Origin: Bdellovibrionota bacterium
GTDB taxonomy: Bacteria; Bdellovibrionota; UBA1018; CAIPTA01; JAALKR01
NCBI GenBank assembly: GCA_965207455.1
Contig: CBDBMJ010000003.1
Coordinates: 224,001 to 288,000, forward strand
Length of the DNA stretch: 64,000 bases
Direction: 5' to 3'
Below are positions 48,864 through 59,110 of the stretch, one piece after another. A model generated the notes under the pieces. It saw only the letters and a list, made by a program, of their open reading frames with translations. It ran no database searches and was not told the origin of the DNA. The position numbers were made by a program, and so were the translations under genes. Every line of letters begins with the position of its first letter. The first letter of the stretch is position 1.

Positions 48864-50815
48864 TACTGCCCTCCCGCCAAAGTCCATAGAACAATTGAGG
48901 CTAAACTAACAAACCCCAGAATAACGATAAATAAATAATTTTCTAATAGCCCAGTGTGAATTCTTTTTAAAAAACCACCCGAAGATCGCGCTGCCCTAGC
49001 CGAATATAGCACAAAGCCATCAATGATCATTGTATCCACTACCCTCCAAAGGATTGTGGAGGCTTGGTGAACAGGACGGGTAATGACCATGGCGTATAGC
49101 TCATTTAAGTAGTACGCTCTTTGGAAAAAAGAAACCACCGACGGCGAAAAGTGGAACAAAGGTGCTTTTTTCTGTTCACCCATATAGATAATAAAATACC
49201 AATAAGAGGCATATAGACACAAACAAGCCAATACTGCGGACAATAATAATAAAAGGGATTCTACAAGGGCAGAACCATGGGCAAGGCTGTCAGGAACAAT
49301 CGGTACAAGCAGGTGATGCAAATAATTTGGAAATAATCCGATAAAATGGGGGAAGCCTAAAAACCCACCAAGAGTAGCAAAAACTGCCAGCACTATGAGA
49401 GGAATGGTCATCACCCGAGGCGACTCCTGTAAATGAGATTGGACCTCTTTAGAGGAACGGTTTTCTCCTAAAAAAGTCAGGCAATATAGGCGACCCATAT
49501 ATAGGGCTGTCAGTGCTGCTGTAAGAAGACCAAACACATAGAGAACCCAGCCTCCCAGTGGACTACCGAACGCTTGCCATAGAATTTCATCTTTAGAAAA
49601 GAATCCGGAGAAAAGGGGAACACCTGCTATGGCAAGCGTTCCTATGGCAAAGGTAACGGATGTGATCGGCATATGCTTATGGAGCCCGCCCATTTTCCTC
49701 ATGTCTTGCTCTCCTCCCATGGCGTGAATAACAGAGCCGGAACCTAAAAATAATAGGGCCTTAAAAAAAGCATGGGTCATTAAATGAAAAACGGCCACCC
49801 AGTACGCTCCCACCCCAACAGCCACAAACATATATCCCAATTGACTGACGGTGGAATAGGCTAAAACTTTCTTAATATCACTTTGAGCAATAGCCATCGT
49901 GGCTGCCATAAATGCGGTAAGTGCACCCACCACCACAATTACATAACCTGTAATGGGAGTAAGGGAATATAAAAATCCAAGTCTACAGGTTAAATATACC
50001 CCAGCCGTTACCATGGTGGCTGCATGGATAAGAGCAGAAACAGGCGTGGGACCAGCCATGGCATCCGGCAACCATACAAATAATGGAACTTGGGCTGATT
50101 TTCCCACAGCTCCCACAAACAGCAATAATGTAACGGCAGTTAGTAACCCTAGGGTGGGTTCTATGGGAATTTCCGCAGTCATACTTTTTAAGGTGAGAAA
50201 ATCCACAGTATGGAAAATAGAGAAAATAAGAAAAACGCCTAGAAGAAAACCCAGATCGCCAATACGATTAATAATAAATGCTTTTTTCCCGGCTTTAGCC
50301 TTTTCCACGTCCTCATACCAAAAGCCTATCAAGAGAAAGGAACACAGGCCCACGCCTTCCCAGCCAATAAATAAAATGGGCAAATTTCCACCCAGCACAA
50401 GAACTAACATCGCTGCCGTAAATAGGTTTAAATAAGAAAAATAGCGCTGGGGGTTTGAGTCGCCATGCATATACCCGATGGAATACACATGAATTAAAAA
50501 TCCCACTCCCGTTATGATTAAACATAGAAGACCAGAGAGTTGGTCGAAGCGAAACAGCATGGGAACCACTAATTCTCCTATGGAAATCCATGGGAACAGA
50601 AAGTGCTCATAAATTTTACCTTCAGGAAGTGTAAAGAATAAAACGCAGCTAATAATAAAGGCAACAAAGACACAGGCGCTTGCCAATATGCCAGCCACAC
50701 TTCCGGGTAAGCGGGGGAATTTTTTCCAGGGAACGGCTCCTAAAAATCCATTGAGTATGGCTCCCAGCAAGGGCAGTCCAATAATCCATCCTATTACGTT
50801 TGTGTCTTCTATCAT
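48863..50815 (-). CDS. nuoL: NADH-quinone oxidoreductase subunit L
   Basis: GWEGVGLCS, NRIGD, GKSAQVPLFVWLPDAMAGPTPVSALIHAATMV, HLMTHAFFKA. Confidence 0.96.
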   Translation of the reverse strand: MIEDTNVIGWIIGLPLLGAILNGFLGAVPWKKFPRLPGSVAGILASACVFVAFIISCVLFFTLPEGKIYEHFLFPWISIGELVVPMLFRFDQLSGLLCLIITGVGFLIHVYSIGYMHGDSNPQRYFSYLNLFTAAMLVLVLGGNLPILFIGWEGVGLCSFLLIGFWYEDVEKAKAGKKAFIINRIGDLGFLLGVFLIFSIFHTVDFLTLKSMTAEIPIEPTLGLLTAVTLLLFVGAVGKSAQVPLFVWLPDAMAGPTPVSALIHAATMVTAGVYLTCRLGFLYSLTPITGYVIVVVGALTAFMAATMAIAQSDIKKVLAYSTVSQLGYMFVAVGVGAYWVAVFHLMTHAFFKALLFLGSGSVIHAMGGEQDMRKMGGLHKHMPITSVTFAIGTLAIAGVPLFSGFFSKDEILWQAFGSPLGGWVLYVFGLLTAALTALYMGRLYCLTFLGENRSSKEVQSHLQESPRVMTIPLIVLAVFATLGGFLGFPHFIGLFPNYLHHLLVPIVPDSLAHGSALVESLLLLLSAVLACLCLYASYWYFIIYMGEQKKAPLFHFSPSVVSFFQRAYYLNELYAMVITRPVHQASTILWRVVDTMIIDGFVLYSARAARSSGGFLKRIHTGLLENYLFIVILGFVSLASIVLWTLAGGQ

Positions 50816-50816
50816 A

Positions 50817-51134
50817 TCAATCTCGCATTGTGTTTAGTTTTCCCGTTCCCGTCTCTTTACTATTACGGAACAACGAGATCAAAAGGCCCAGACCAATGGC
50901 TCCTTCAGCAGCAGCAACGGTAACAATAAAAAATATGGCTAGCTGTCCGTCTAGACTATCATTGGCTCGTGCAAAAGCCACGAAAGTAATATTTACGGCA
51001 GAAAGCATGAGCTCTATGCACATCAAAATAATTACTAAATTTTTTCGAATCAATACACCAAAAAAACCAATAGCAAACAGAGCTGCTCCCAGCGCCAAGG
51101 ATTGAATTAAAATGGGGTCTTCTATTGGAACCAT
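50817..51134 (-). CDS. nuoK: NADH-quinone oxidoreductase subunit K
   Basis: MCIELMLSAVN, VAAAEGAIGL. Confidence 0.95.
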   Translation of the reverse strand: MVPIEDPILIQSLALGAALFAIGFFGVLIRKNLVIILMCIELMLSAVNITFVAFARANDSLDGQLAIFFIVTVAAAEGAIGLGLLISLFRNSKETGTGKLNTMRD

Positions 51135-51138
51135 AACC

Positions 51139-51675
51139 CTATCCTAACTTTCTCTTCGCTAAGACAATGGCACCCACAACGGCCAATAACAACAACATGG
51201 CAACTAATTCAAAAGAAAAAACATAATAAGAAAACAGATACTTGGAAAGAACCATAATATTTCCCCCCTCCTCCACAATCCTCTCAACAGTAAATTCTCC
51301 TTTGTTCTGACTTGTTCCTCCCGTTATGATTGCATACAAGAGAACAAGGAAAAAAGATAATACACCACCACCGGCGAACAAATAATTCTTAATCGCTGGG
51401 GGAAAATCCAATTCAGCCACATCCAAATTTAAGAGCATCACCACAAACACAAACAACACCATGATCGCTCCTGCGTAGACTAAAACCACAATAGCGGCAG
51501 GAAAGTGGGCCGACTGTACAGCAAAAAGAGCAGCTATATTGAATAAAACAACCACCATGGAAAAAACACTACTCACGGGATTTTTAGCCAGTACTACAAA
51601 AAAAGCAAATACAAGGGCAAGGCAAGAAAATATCGCTGAAAAAATAACGGGAAAGGGAAGGGAAAAAATAGACAT
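51139..51675 (-). CDS. nuoJ: NADH-quinone oxidoreductase subunit J
   Basis: KNPVSS, VYAGAIMVLFVFVVMLL, FELVAMLLL. Confidence 0.93.
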   Translation of the reverse strand: MSIFSLPFPVIFSAIFSCLALVFAFFVVLAKNPVSSVFSMVVVLFNIAALFAVQSAHFPAAIVVLVYAGAIMVLFVFVVMLLNLDVAELDFPPAIKNYLFAGGGVLSFFLVLLYAIITGGTSQNKGEFTVERIVEEGGNIMVLSKYLFSYYVFSFELVAMLLLLAVVGAIVLAKRKLG

Positions 51676-51678
51676 AAA

Positions 51679-52122
51679 CTACTTATCCCCTCGCTGCATT
51701 AAAAGAAAGTTTTTATCATACACCCTACGTTCAAAATCTGCCATTTCATATATGGTGGAAAGTTTAATCGCATCCTTAGGACAAGCCTCTTCACAATATC
51801 CACAAAAACAACAACGTAGTATATCAATTTCGAATTTAATAGGGTACTTCTCCTTATTGGGTCGCTCACCAGCCTCAATATGAATACAATCTGCTGGACA
51901 GACCGTAGGACAAAGCATACAGGCCGTGCAATTCTCCACACCATTTGTAGTTTTAATATAGTGTTGGCCTCGAAAGATAGCGGAATAGGGCCTGCGTTGT
52001 TCAGGATATTGGGTAGTGATATTTTTTCCAAAAAACCAGTTCTTTATTGTGATAAAAAGCCCTTGGGCTAGCTCCACTAGATAAAATTTTTGTAATGTAG
52101 TGTCCTTTCGTTTAATTAACAT
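51679..52122 (-). CDS. nuoI: NADH-quinone oxidoreductase subunit I
   Basis: TQYPE; two 4Fe-4S motifs CTACMLCPTVCP and CCFCGYCEEACP. Confidence 0.95.
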   Translation of the reverse strand: MLIKRKDTTLQKFYLVELAQGLFITIKNWFFGKNITTQYPEQRRPYSAIFRGQHYIKTTNGVENCTACMLCPTVCPADCIHIEAGERPNKEKYPIKFEIDILRCCFCGYCEEACPKDAIKLSTIYEMADFERRVYDKNFLLMQRGDK

Positions 52123-52141
52123 AATTTAAAATCTCCTTCCT

Positions 52142-53239
52142 TTAGGTGGCACTGTATGCCATAAAAAATGCGGTGGCTACTATATTTAATAAAGCAATAG
52201 GAACTAAAATTTTCCATCCCAAGTGCATCAACTGGTCGAAACGAAACCTGGGAAGTGTGAAACGGACGAGGATGAAAAATAACATGAATAGTATTATTTT
52301 GAACACAAAAGAAAATACCTGCGTCCCCACCGTAACCCAATAAAGAACTTCTCCTTCTAAAGAAAATAAACTAATAATAAATTCCATTCCGGGAAACATC
52401 TGCCAGCCCCCAAAATACAGTGCTGCCATTAAACCACTGGCTGTAACCATGTGGAGGTACTCGGCCATAAAAAATAAACTAAACTTCATTCCTCCGTACT
52501 CTAAATGGTAGCCAGCCACAATTTCCGTTTCCCCCTCGGGCAGGTCAAAAGGTAGGCGGTTGGTTTCAGCAAAAATTGCGGTGAGAAAAATAATAAACCC
52601 CACAGGCTGTAGAAAAATTCCCCAATTGGGTAGGAACGATATTTCTTGGCCCATAATGGAAAGAGGCTCGCCTTGGACTGCCACAATCTCCTGCAAAGAC
52701 ACACTTCCATAAATCATAATCATAGCGACTAAACTAAGACCAAGAGGCAACTCATAGCTAATCATTTGGGCAGAAGCACGCAGCCCTCCCAACATAGCGT
52801 ACTTGCTGTTAGAGGCCCAAGAAGCCATGATTATGCCATAAACAGAAAGTGAGGAAATGGCTAGGATGAAAATAAGTCCCACGTTTAAATCTGCAACCTG
52901 CAACACCACCTGTCGACCTAAAATTTCCACCGTCGGGCCGAAGGGAATCACTGCGAATGTTAAAAAGGCAGGAATTACGGCAACCGCAGGAGCCAGTAAG
53001 TAATAGCCTTTCCGAACATGACCAGGGACTAAATCTTCTTTAAAGATAAACTTCACCACGTCGGCTAAAGGCTGCAAGAGACCAAAGGGACCCACCCGGT
53101 TAGGACCCGTTCTATTTTGCATCCATGCGGAAACACGCCTCTCTGCCCAAACCATAACAGGGGCAACATGAATGAGTCCCACCAAAACAATGGCTACCTT
53201 AACGGTCATGGCAATAATCTCAAACGAATCCACTTCCAT
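52142..53239 (-). CDS. nuoH: NADH-quinone oxidoreductase subunit H
   Basis: ERRVSAWMQNRTGPN, GLLQPLADVVK, AQMISYE, AETNRLPFDLPEGE, RFRFDQLM. Confidence 0.96.
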   Translation of the reverse strand: MEVDSFEIIAMTVKVAIVLVGLIHVAPVMVWAERRVSAWMQNRTGPNRVGPFGLLQPLADVVKFIFKEDLVPGHVRKGYYLLAPAVAVIPAFLTFAVIPFGPTVEILGRQVVLQVADLNVGLIFILAISSLSVYGIIMASWASNSKYAMLGGLRASAQMISYELPLGLSLVAMIMIYGSVSLQEIVAVQGEPLSIMGQEISFLPNWGIFLQPVGFIIFLTAIFAETNRLPFDLPEGETEIVAGYHLEYGGMKFSLFFMAEYLHMVTASGLMAALYFGGWQMFPGMEFIISLFSLEGEVLYWVTVGTQVFSFVFKIILFMLFFILVRFTLPRFRFDQLMHLGWKILVPIALLNIVATAFFMAYSAT

Positions 53240-53243
53240 TGAC

Positions 53244-54641
53244 CTAACTTAACCCTTCCGTAGTTTCCAAAATATAATCCAAGGGCCTGGCAAAGCCCAG
53301 CGACGGTATGGCTGCCTTGAATTCCTGTTCTATACTGTCATGATTGATATACGTTCCCGATTTTTCCAGAGAGGAAAGACCCGGCAAAACAAGTGTGTAG
53401 CCCAGCAACTCTTCTTTCATTAGCACGCCAACTCCAATTGCTTTTTTTGCCAACTCTGCCAACCCGTACGGTGGACGAACCTTCCCGCCGGTGATAAAAA
53501 TACATAGATCGTAGTCCTTGGGTTGAAATTTTGCAAAGGACTCCAGCCCCAGCTTTTCCATTCCTTTTATATTCGGAGACTTATCCTTTCGACGCAATAA
53601 ATGATCAAGAGCCTCATCCTGTCCACTCCCATCCACTGTTGGGCTATAGGAGAAAAAGCTAGCCTTGGGCAAAGCCTTTTGAGCGATTTGCACTTCCTCT
53701 AGGGTAGCATCTGCACAAATCAATACACCCACCTCGGAGGAGGTGCGAACATGTTGCTGAAACTGAGTAAGGGCATCTTCCCAAGTAATATTCTCAGAAG
53801 AGGACACAACGGTGGGATAGAGAACACGGGACGGGGAATGTATAAAATGGAAGCCGTATCTTCCTTCGTCGCACATCCACCATTTATTTACTTTGGGATT
53901 TTCTTTCGGTTCTAGTCGAAACACAATTCCCTTCTCACTGGAAACCGTAATATTACAACCTTTAGCGCAGCCATCGCAAATGGATTCATTTCTTTTTAAA
54001 TACCAAACCCGCTTAGAAAAACGAAAATCTTTTGTGGTAAGCGATCCAACAGGACAAATATCGGCCAACCCTCCCGCATACGCAGTTTGCAGTGGATTGC
54101 CGTCCATGGTTACAATTTCTGTAACTGCTCCTCTTTCCATTGCCACCATTTCGTATATATCTCCAATCTCGTCGCAATAACGAATACAACGGGTGCAATG
54201 GATACAACGATTCATATTCTTTTTAATGGAGGGTCCCATGTCCACATCCAGATAGGTTCGTCTATGGAAATCGTTGCGGGTGTCTGCGGCTCCGTGCTTT
54301 AGACTATACTCTTGTAGACTGCACTCACCCGACTGATCACAGATGGGGCAATCTAGGGGATGATTGATTAATAAAAATTCCTGTACACCTGCCACCCCTT
54401 TTTTCACGTTCTCAGATTTAGTGGAGACAACCATCCCTTCCTTACAAATTGTGGAGCAAGCAGTATTAAGTTTTCTTTGACCCTCTATCTCCACAAGACA
54501 CATCCTACACTGAGCCACTATCGTCATTCCCGGATGGTAACAATAATGGGGAATTTCATGCCCCACCCGCTTTGCGGCCTCTATCAGGTTCTCTCCTTCA
54601 ACAAAGGATATTTTTTTCCCATTAAACTGAAGCTCTGGCAT
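53244..54641 (-). CDS. nuoG: NADH-quinone oxidoreductase subunit G (short form, 465 aa)
   Basis: IPHYCYH, CRMCLVE, HPLDCPICDQSGEC, RCIHCTRC, CPVGSL, CDGCAKGC. Confidence 0.92.
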   Translation of the reverse strand: MPELQFNGKKISFVEGENLIEAAKRVGHEIPHYCYHPGMTIVAQCRMCLVEIEGQRKLNTACSTICKEGMVVSTKSENVKKGVAGVQEFLLINHPLDCPICDQSGECSLQEYSLKHGAADTRNDFHRRTYLDVDMGPSIKKNMNRCIHCTRCIRYCDEIGDIYEMVAMERGAVTEIVTMDGNPLQTAYAGGLADICPVGSLTTKDFRFSKRVWYLKRNESICDGCAKGCNITVSSEKGIVFRLEPKENPKVNKWWMCDEGRYGFHFIHSPSRVLYPTVVSSSENITWEDALTQFQQHVRTSSEVGVLICADATLEEVQIAQKALPKASFFSYSPTVDGSGQDEALDHLLRRKDKSPNIKGMEKLGLESFAKFQPKDYDLCIFITGGKVRPPYGLAELAKKAIGVGVLMKEELLGYTLVLPGLSSLEKSGTYINHDSIEQEFKAAIPSLGFARPLDYILETTEGLS

Positions 54642-55924
54642 TAGTGGCTTCTCCCCTTAAACGGACATTGTTTTTCTATAATATGCTGTTCATATTCCAA
54701 GCGAAACTTTTGCACAATACTTTTTAAAGGCCATGCGGTAGCTTCACCAAAGGCACAAATAGTTTTCCCATCAATCTTATCGCAAATGTCGGCAATTAAA
54801 TCTAAATCTTTCATCTCACCCTTGCCTGCCTCTAAACGAGTATTTAAATCCAATAACCATTTCGTTCCCTCCCTACAGGGAGTGCATTGACCGCAACTTT
54901 CCACCATATAAAAGAAAGCTGTTCGTATCGCCACTTGAACCATGCAGGTGTGATCGTCGATCACCATAATGCCCGCAGAACCCAACATGGAACCCCTTGC
55001 TACTAATGAATCAAAATCTAAGTTCAAGTCTTCTATCTCCTCAGCAGTAAGTACTGGGGAAGAGGATCCACCTGGAAAAAGAGCTTTTAATTTTCTGCCC
55101 TTCCATATTCCTCCACAATCCTCGTAAATCATTTTTTTCATGGGATACCCCAAGGGGTGCTCATACAAACCAGGACGATCCACATGACCTGAGACGCAAA
55201 AGAGCTTCATGCCTGTGTTCTTCGTCAATCCAAATTCCTTAAACCACGCCGGACCTTTAAGGATAATTCCCGGAACAGCGGCCAAGGTTTCCACATTATT
55301 TACAATCGTGGGACAACCAAAAGCTCCATGAACCGCAGGGAAGTACGGTGGCTTTATGCGAGGCTCGCCCCGCTTTCCTTCCAAGGAATTTAAAAGTGCG
55401 GTTTCCTCTCCGCAAATATAGGCACCCGCTCCCCGGTGCACAATCATATCTACAGAATAATTCTTTCCCGCAATATTTTTTCCTAAATAGCCAGCCTTAT
55501 AGGCCTCATCAATGGCTTCCTCTACAATACGAGTTTCTTCAACAAACTCCCCGCGAATGTATACATAAATCATGCGGGCTCCAATAGCATAAGCCGCAAT
55601 AATAGAACCCTCTATCATCATATGAGGTGTGTAGGTCATAATCGCCCGGTCTTTAAATGTTCCCGGCTCTGATTCGTCTGCGTTCACAACCAGGTATTTG
55701 GGTTTATCTGTCTCAGGAATAAAACCCCACTTTATGCCTGCGGGAAAACCCGCACCGCCTCTTCCACGAATTTCACTCTTCTTTACTTCTTCTGTAATTT
55801 TACTGGGCGGCATGGAAAGAGCCCTGTCCAGTGCCTTGTAACCACTATCGTTTTTTTTATAGAAATCTAAGCCCTCAGCGCCCGACTGACCATAGTATTT
55901 TGAAAAAACAATTTCTTGGTGCAC
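54641..55924 (-). CDS. nuoF: NADH-quinone oxidoreductase subunit F
   Basis: RGRGGAGFP, NADESEPGTFKDR, GAYICGEETAL, ESCGQCTPCREG. Confidence 0.96.
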   Translation of the reverse strand: MHQEIVFSKYYGQSGAEGLDFYKKNDSGYKALDRALSMPPSKITEEVKKSEIRGRGGAGFPAGIKWGFIPETDKPKYLVVNADESEPGTFKDRAIMTYTPHMMIEGSIIAAYAIGARMIYVYIRGEFVEETRIVEEAIDEAYKAGYLGKNIAGKNYSVDMIVHRGAGAYICGEETALLNSLEGKRGEPRIKPPYFPAVHGAFGCPTIVNNVETLAAVPGIILKGPAWFKEFGLTKNTGMKLFCVSGHVDRPGLYEHPLGYPMKKMIYEDCGGIWKGRKLKALFPGGSSSPVLTAEEIEDLNLDFDSLVARGSMLGSAGIMVIDDHTCMVQVAIRTAFFYMVESCGQCTPCREGTKWLLDLNTRLEAGKGEMKDLDLIADICDKIDGKTICAFGEATAWPLKSIVQKFRLEYEQHIIEKQCPFKGRSH

Positions 55925-56392
55925 TTACTGTAACTCCTGTAATAGTTGTTTTACCTTTTCCGTATCTAAATTTTCTCTATACTCATCATTGACCTGACAA
56001 ACAGGAGCTGTGCCACAAGAACCCAAACACTCCACTTCACAAAGTGTGAACCTGCCATCCTTTGTAGTTTCATTGAGCTCAATACCCAGCGCGCCCTCCA
56101 CAAAATGGATAAGCTCTTCGGAACCTCGCAACCAGCAAGCAATATTATTGCAAAACTGCAAATGGTATTTGCCCGTGGGTTTCTTTTTGAGCATGGTATA
56201 GAAGGAAGCAACGGCCTTTACCTTGGGCTTGGGCAACTCCAGGGCCTCAGCAATTTCTCCCATTGTGCTGTCCGAGAGCCAACCCTCCTCTTTCTGTGCC
56301 GCATGGAAAACGGGCAAGAGAAGCGCTCCCTTGGTGGGATAAAACTTTTTCAGCCGATCTATTTCTTTATCAATGGCCTTTCTCACACTCAT
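55925..56392 (-). CDS. nuoE: NADH-quinone oxidoreductase subunit E
   Basis: VASFYTM, CNNIAC, VECLGSCGTAP. Confidence 0.95.
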   Translation of the reverse strand: MSVRKAIDKEIDRLKKFYPTKGALLLPVFHAAQKEEGWLSDSTMGEIAEALELPKPKVKAVASFYTMLKKKPTGKYHLQFCNNIACWLRGSEELIHFVEGALGIELNETTKDGRFTLCEVECLGSCGTAPVCQVNDEYRENLDTEKVKQLLQELQ

Positions 56393-57636
56393 CTATCCAA
56401 TTCTCCTGCAATAACATTTAAAGACCCCACAATGGCCACTAAGTCAGAAATTTTATAGCCCTGGCTAAGCTCAGGAACGGTTTGGAACATAAAAAAAGAA
56501 GGCGCCCGGATGCGAGTACGATAAGCCTTCGGACCTCCTTTACTGACAATATAAAATCCAACTTCTCCGTTGGGTCCCTCCATGGGACAGTATGCTTCAC
56601 CTTCAGGCACATCAAAGCCTTCCATAAAAAATTTAAAATGGTGGATCATGGCTTCCATGGAATTATATACCCGCTCTTTTTCGGGTATGACCACACGAGT
56701 ATCGTCGGACCAGATGGGCCCACCGGGCATTTTCTGCACAATCTGTTTTAACATTCGCACCGATTCCCGCATCTCCTCCATACGAACGAGGTAACGATCC
56801 AACACATCTCCACCCTGAGCAATGGGAACATCAAATTCCAACTCCTTGTATGCCAAGTAGGGTTCATCCCTGCGTAAATCAAAATTAATATTCGAAGCCC
56901 TAAGGCACGGACCAGTGACTCCATAACTCAAAGCCTGCTCCGGACTCATGCAACCAATCCCTCTCGTGCGATCTTTCCAAATACGATTATTGGTGAGAAG
57001 CTTATCCATTTCTGCTAGTGCTTCGGAAAATTCGTCCAACCATGTATCCAGCTCTGTTAGAAAACCGTCGGGAAGATCCTGCATCAGACCACCCACACGA
57101 GTGTAGGTGGTGGTAAGGCGAGAGCCACACATAGCTTCTATTAAATCATAGCAACGCTCCCTTTGGTGAAACCCGTATAGAAAGAAAGTCATCGCTCCCA
57201 AATCAAAGGCATTAATACCAACACAAATAAGATGATCAATGATTCGAGCCATCTCACAACTCATGGTTCGGATCCATTTATTTCGAGGAGTGAGTTCTAT
57301 ACCCAATAATTTTTCCACCGACGCCACGTAAGCCACATTGTTTTGAAGAGCGGAACAGTAATTTAATCTATCCGTAAAAGGAATAAATTGGTGGTACGTC
57401 CTCACCTCGGCAATTTTTTCAATTCCTCTGTGCAAAAATCCCAATTCACAGACAGACTTCTCCACCGTCTCTCCCCGCAGTTGAGTCATCACCCTAAGAG
57501 TGCCATGCATGGCTGGGTGCTGAGGACCGATGTTAATATTTATCTTAGAATTCTCGAAGACTTCATTGCCATCTTCAAAATCGTCACCATGAAACTGATT
57601 GGTCGTTTTTGGAAAATTTCTTTTATCGAAAACCAT
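56389..57636 (-). CDS. nuoD: NADH-quinone oxidoreductase subunit D
   Basis: NIGPQHPAMHGTLR, GFLHRGIEK, DRLNY, GELDR. Confidence 0.96.
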   Translation of the reverse strand: MVFDKRNFPKTTNQFHGDDFEDGNEVFENSKININIGPQHPAMHGTLRVMTQLRGETVEKSVCELGFLHRGIEKIAEVRTYHQFIPFTDRLNYCSALQNNVAYVASVEKLLGIELTPRNKWIRTMSCEMARIIDHLICVGINAFDLGAMTFFLYGFHQRERCYDLIEAMCGSRLTTTYTRVGGLMQDLPDGFLTELDTWLDEFSEALAEMDKLLTNNRIWKDRTRGIGCMSPEQALSYGVTGPCLRASNINFDLRRDEPYLAYKELEFDVPIAQGGDVLDRYLVRMEEMRESVRMLKQIVQKMPGGPIWSDDTRVVIPEKERVYNSMEAMIHHFKFFMEGFDVPEGEAYCPMEGPNGEVGFYIVSKGGPKAYRTRIRAPSFFMFQTVPELSQGYKISDLVAIVGSLNVIAGELDR

Positions 57637-57654
57637 TTTTAATCCCCATGCCCT

Positions 57655-58233
57655 TTAGTCTTCCAGACCCGTTGCACTTATCTCCATGCCGTCGCTAAAA
57701 AACTGGTATCGCTTAATGGGATAATCTTTCCTAAGAGGATGATCCTCCCAACGATCGTCTAGCATAATTCGTCGCAAGTACGGATGACCAGAAAATCGTA
57801 TTCCGTATAAATCCCACACCTCTCGCTCCAACCAATTGGCACCCTTCCACAAACCACAAACCGACGGAACCTCTTCTCCATCGTCAACAGGAACCTTCAC
57901 ACGAATCCTATCTTTATTTTGAAGGGAGAGAAGATGATAAACCACGAAGAAGCGGGCACTGTCTCCCTCAGACTTAACCACACCTAAATTATAGTCGGGA
58001 ATAGTTACATGCTTGGGATTATGATCGTAGGCCGTTATGTCCGAAAGAAAGTTATACTCCAAGACTTCGTCCAGACGAATAAAATCAAGAAATTCAAATA
58101 TGTTTTCCTTTGCAATCAATACTATGGGACAATCTGTTTTCTCCAAACTCACCCCTTCAATAATTTTTGCATACTTGGAATGTAGTAGCTCTATCCTCGC
58201 CTTAGAAAAGTCGGACCCCAAAGAAACTGTCAT
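57655..58233 (-). CDS. nuoC: NADH-quinone oxidoreductase subunit C
   Basis: [31 protein letters not shown]. Confidence 0.95.
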   Translation of the reverse strand: MTVSLGSDFSKARIELLHSKYAKIIEGVSLEKTDCPIVLIAKENIFEFLDFIRLDEVLEYNFLSDITAYDHNPKHVTIPDYNLGVVKSEGDSARFFVVYHLLSLQNKDRIRVKVPVDDGEEVPSVCGLWKGANWLEREVWDLYGIRFSGHPYLRRIMLDDRWEDHPLRKDYPIKRYQFFSDGMEISATGLED

Positions 58234-58697
58234 AACTCCGCCTTACCCGTTCGTACTTTCTCCTGCAATCTCATCAAACCATGGAGAACACCCTCAGGGG
58301 TAGGCGGACAGCCCGGAATATACACGTCTACGGGAATAATTTCGTCCACTCCCTGCATAACACTATAGGTATCAAAAATTCCTCCCGAGGCAGAACAAGC
58401 TCCCATGGCCAATACCCACTTGGGATCGGCTATTTGATCGTAAATACTTTTTAGTACAGGCCCCATTTTATTTGTAATCGTTCCTGCAATGATCATCATG
58501 TCGCTTTGTCGGGGAGAAAAACGAACAACCTCGGCACCAAAGCGAGCCATATCATAATCGGCAGAAAGTACTGCCATCATCTCAATACCACAACAACTCG
58601 TACCAAATGGGTAGGGCCACATGGAATTGGAACGGGCCCAGTTGACAAGCTGATCTAATTTCGTGGTAACAATTTCTGGTGCGCCATCTTTTCCCAT
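58230..58697 (-). CDS. nuoB: NADH-quinone oxidoreductase subunit B
   Basis: [46 protein letters not shown] 58697 follows the nuoA stop. Confidence 0.95.
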   Translation of the reverse strand: MGKDGAPEIVTTKLDQLVNWARSNSMWPYPFGTSCCGIEMMAVLSADYDMARFGAEVVRFSPRQSDMMIIAGTITNKMGPVLKSIYDQIADPKWVLAMGACSASGGIFDTYSVMQGVDEIIPVDVYIPGCPPTPEGVLHGLMRLQEKVRTGKAEL

Positions 58698-58698
58698 A

Positions 58699-59061
58699 CT
58701 ACTCCCACTCCAATCCACCACTGCGCCACTCATAGACGAAAGCAACCGTGAGAATGGTTAAAAAGGCCAACATCGTATACAGGGAAAAAGTGTTGACTGC
58801 CAAGAACTGCTTATACACAAGAGCCCAGGGAAAGAGTAAAACCACCTCCACATCGAACAGCAGGAAAGAAATGGCAACGAGGTAGAAGCGAATGGAGAAG
58901 CGCTTATTTTCCTTGCGACTAGGGGGGACTCCGCACTCAAAAAAGGTATTTTTCATATCATTGGGGCGCTTGGGTCCCAGGAGACCTACAAGCAATATCG
59001 TGGAGGCTGCTATTACTACAGCGACTAAAAATAAAATAAGAATGGGTACATATGGAGACAT
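58699..59061 (-). CDS. nuoA: NADH-quinone oxidoreductase subunit A
   Basis: [29 protein letters not shown]. Confidence 0.95.
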   Translation of the reverse strand: MSPYVPILILFLVAVVIAASTILLVGLLGPKRPNDMKNTFFECGVPPSRKENKRFSIRFYLVAISFLLFDVEVVLLFPWALVYKQFLAVNTFSLYTMLAFLTILTVAFVYEWRSGGLEWE

Positions 59062-59110
59062 TTTTTAACCCTAATAAAATTATGGTGACGGGAGATAGAT
59101 TACAACATTT

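Noticed and set aside
45799..59061. Numerous short opposite-strand and alternate-frame ORFs across the nuo operon
   Set aside because: They overlap well-supported nuo genes and show no recognisable motifs
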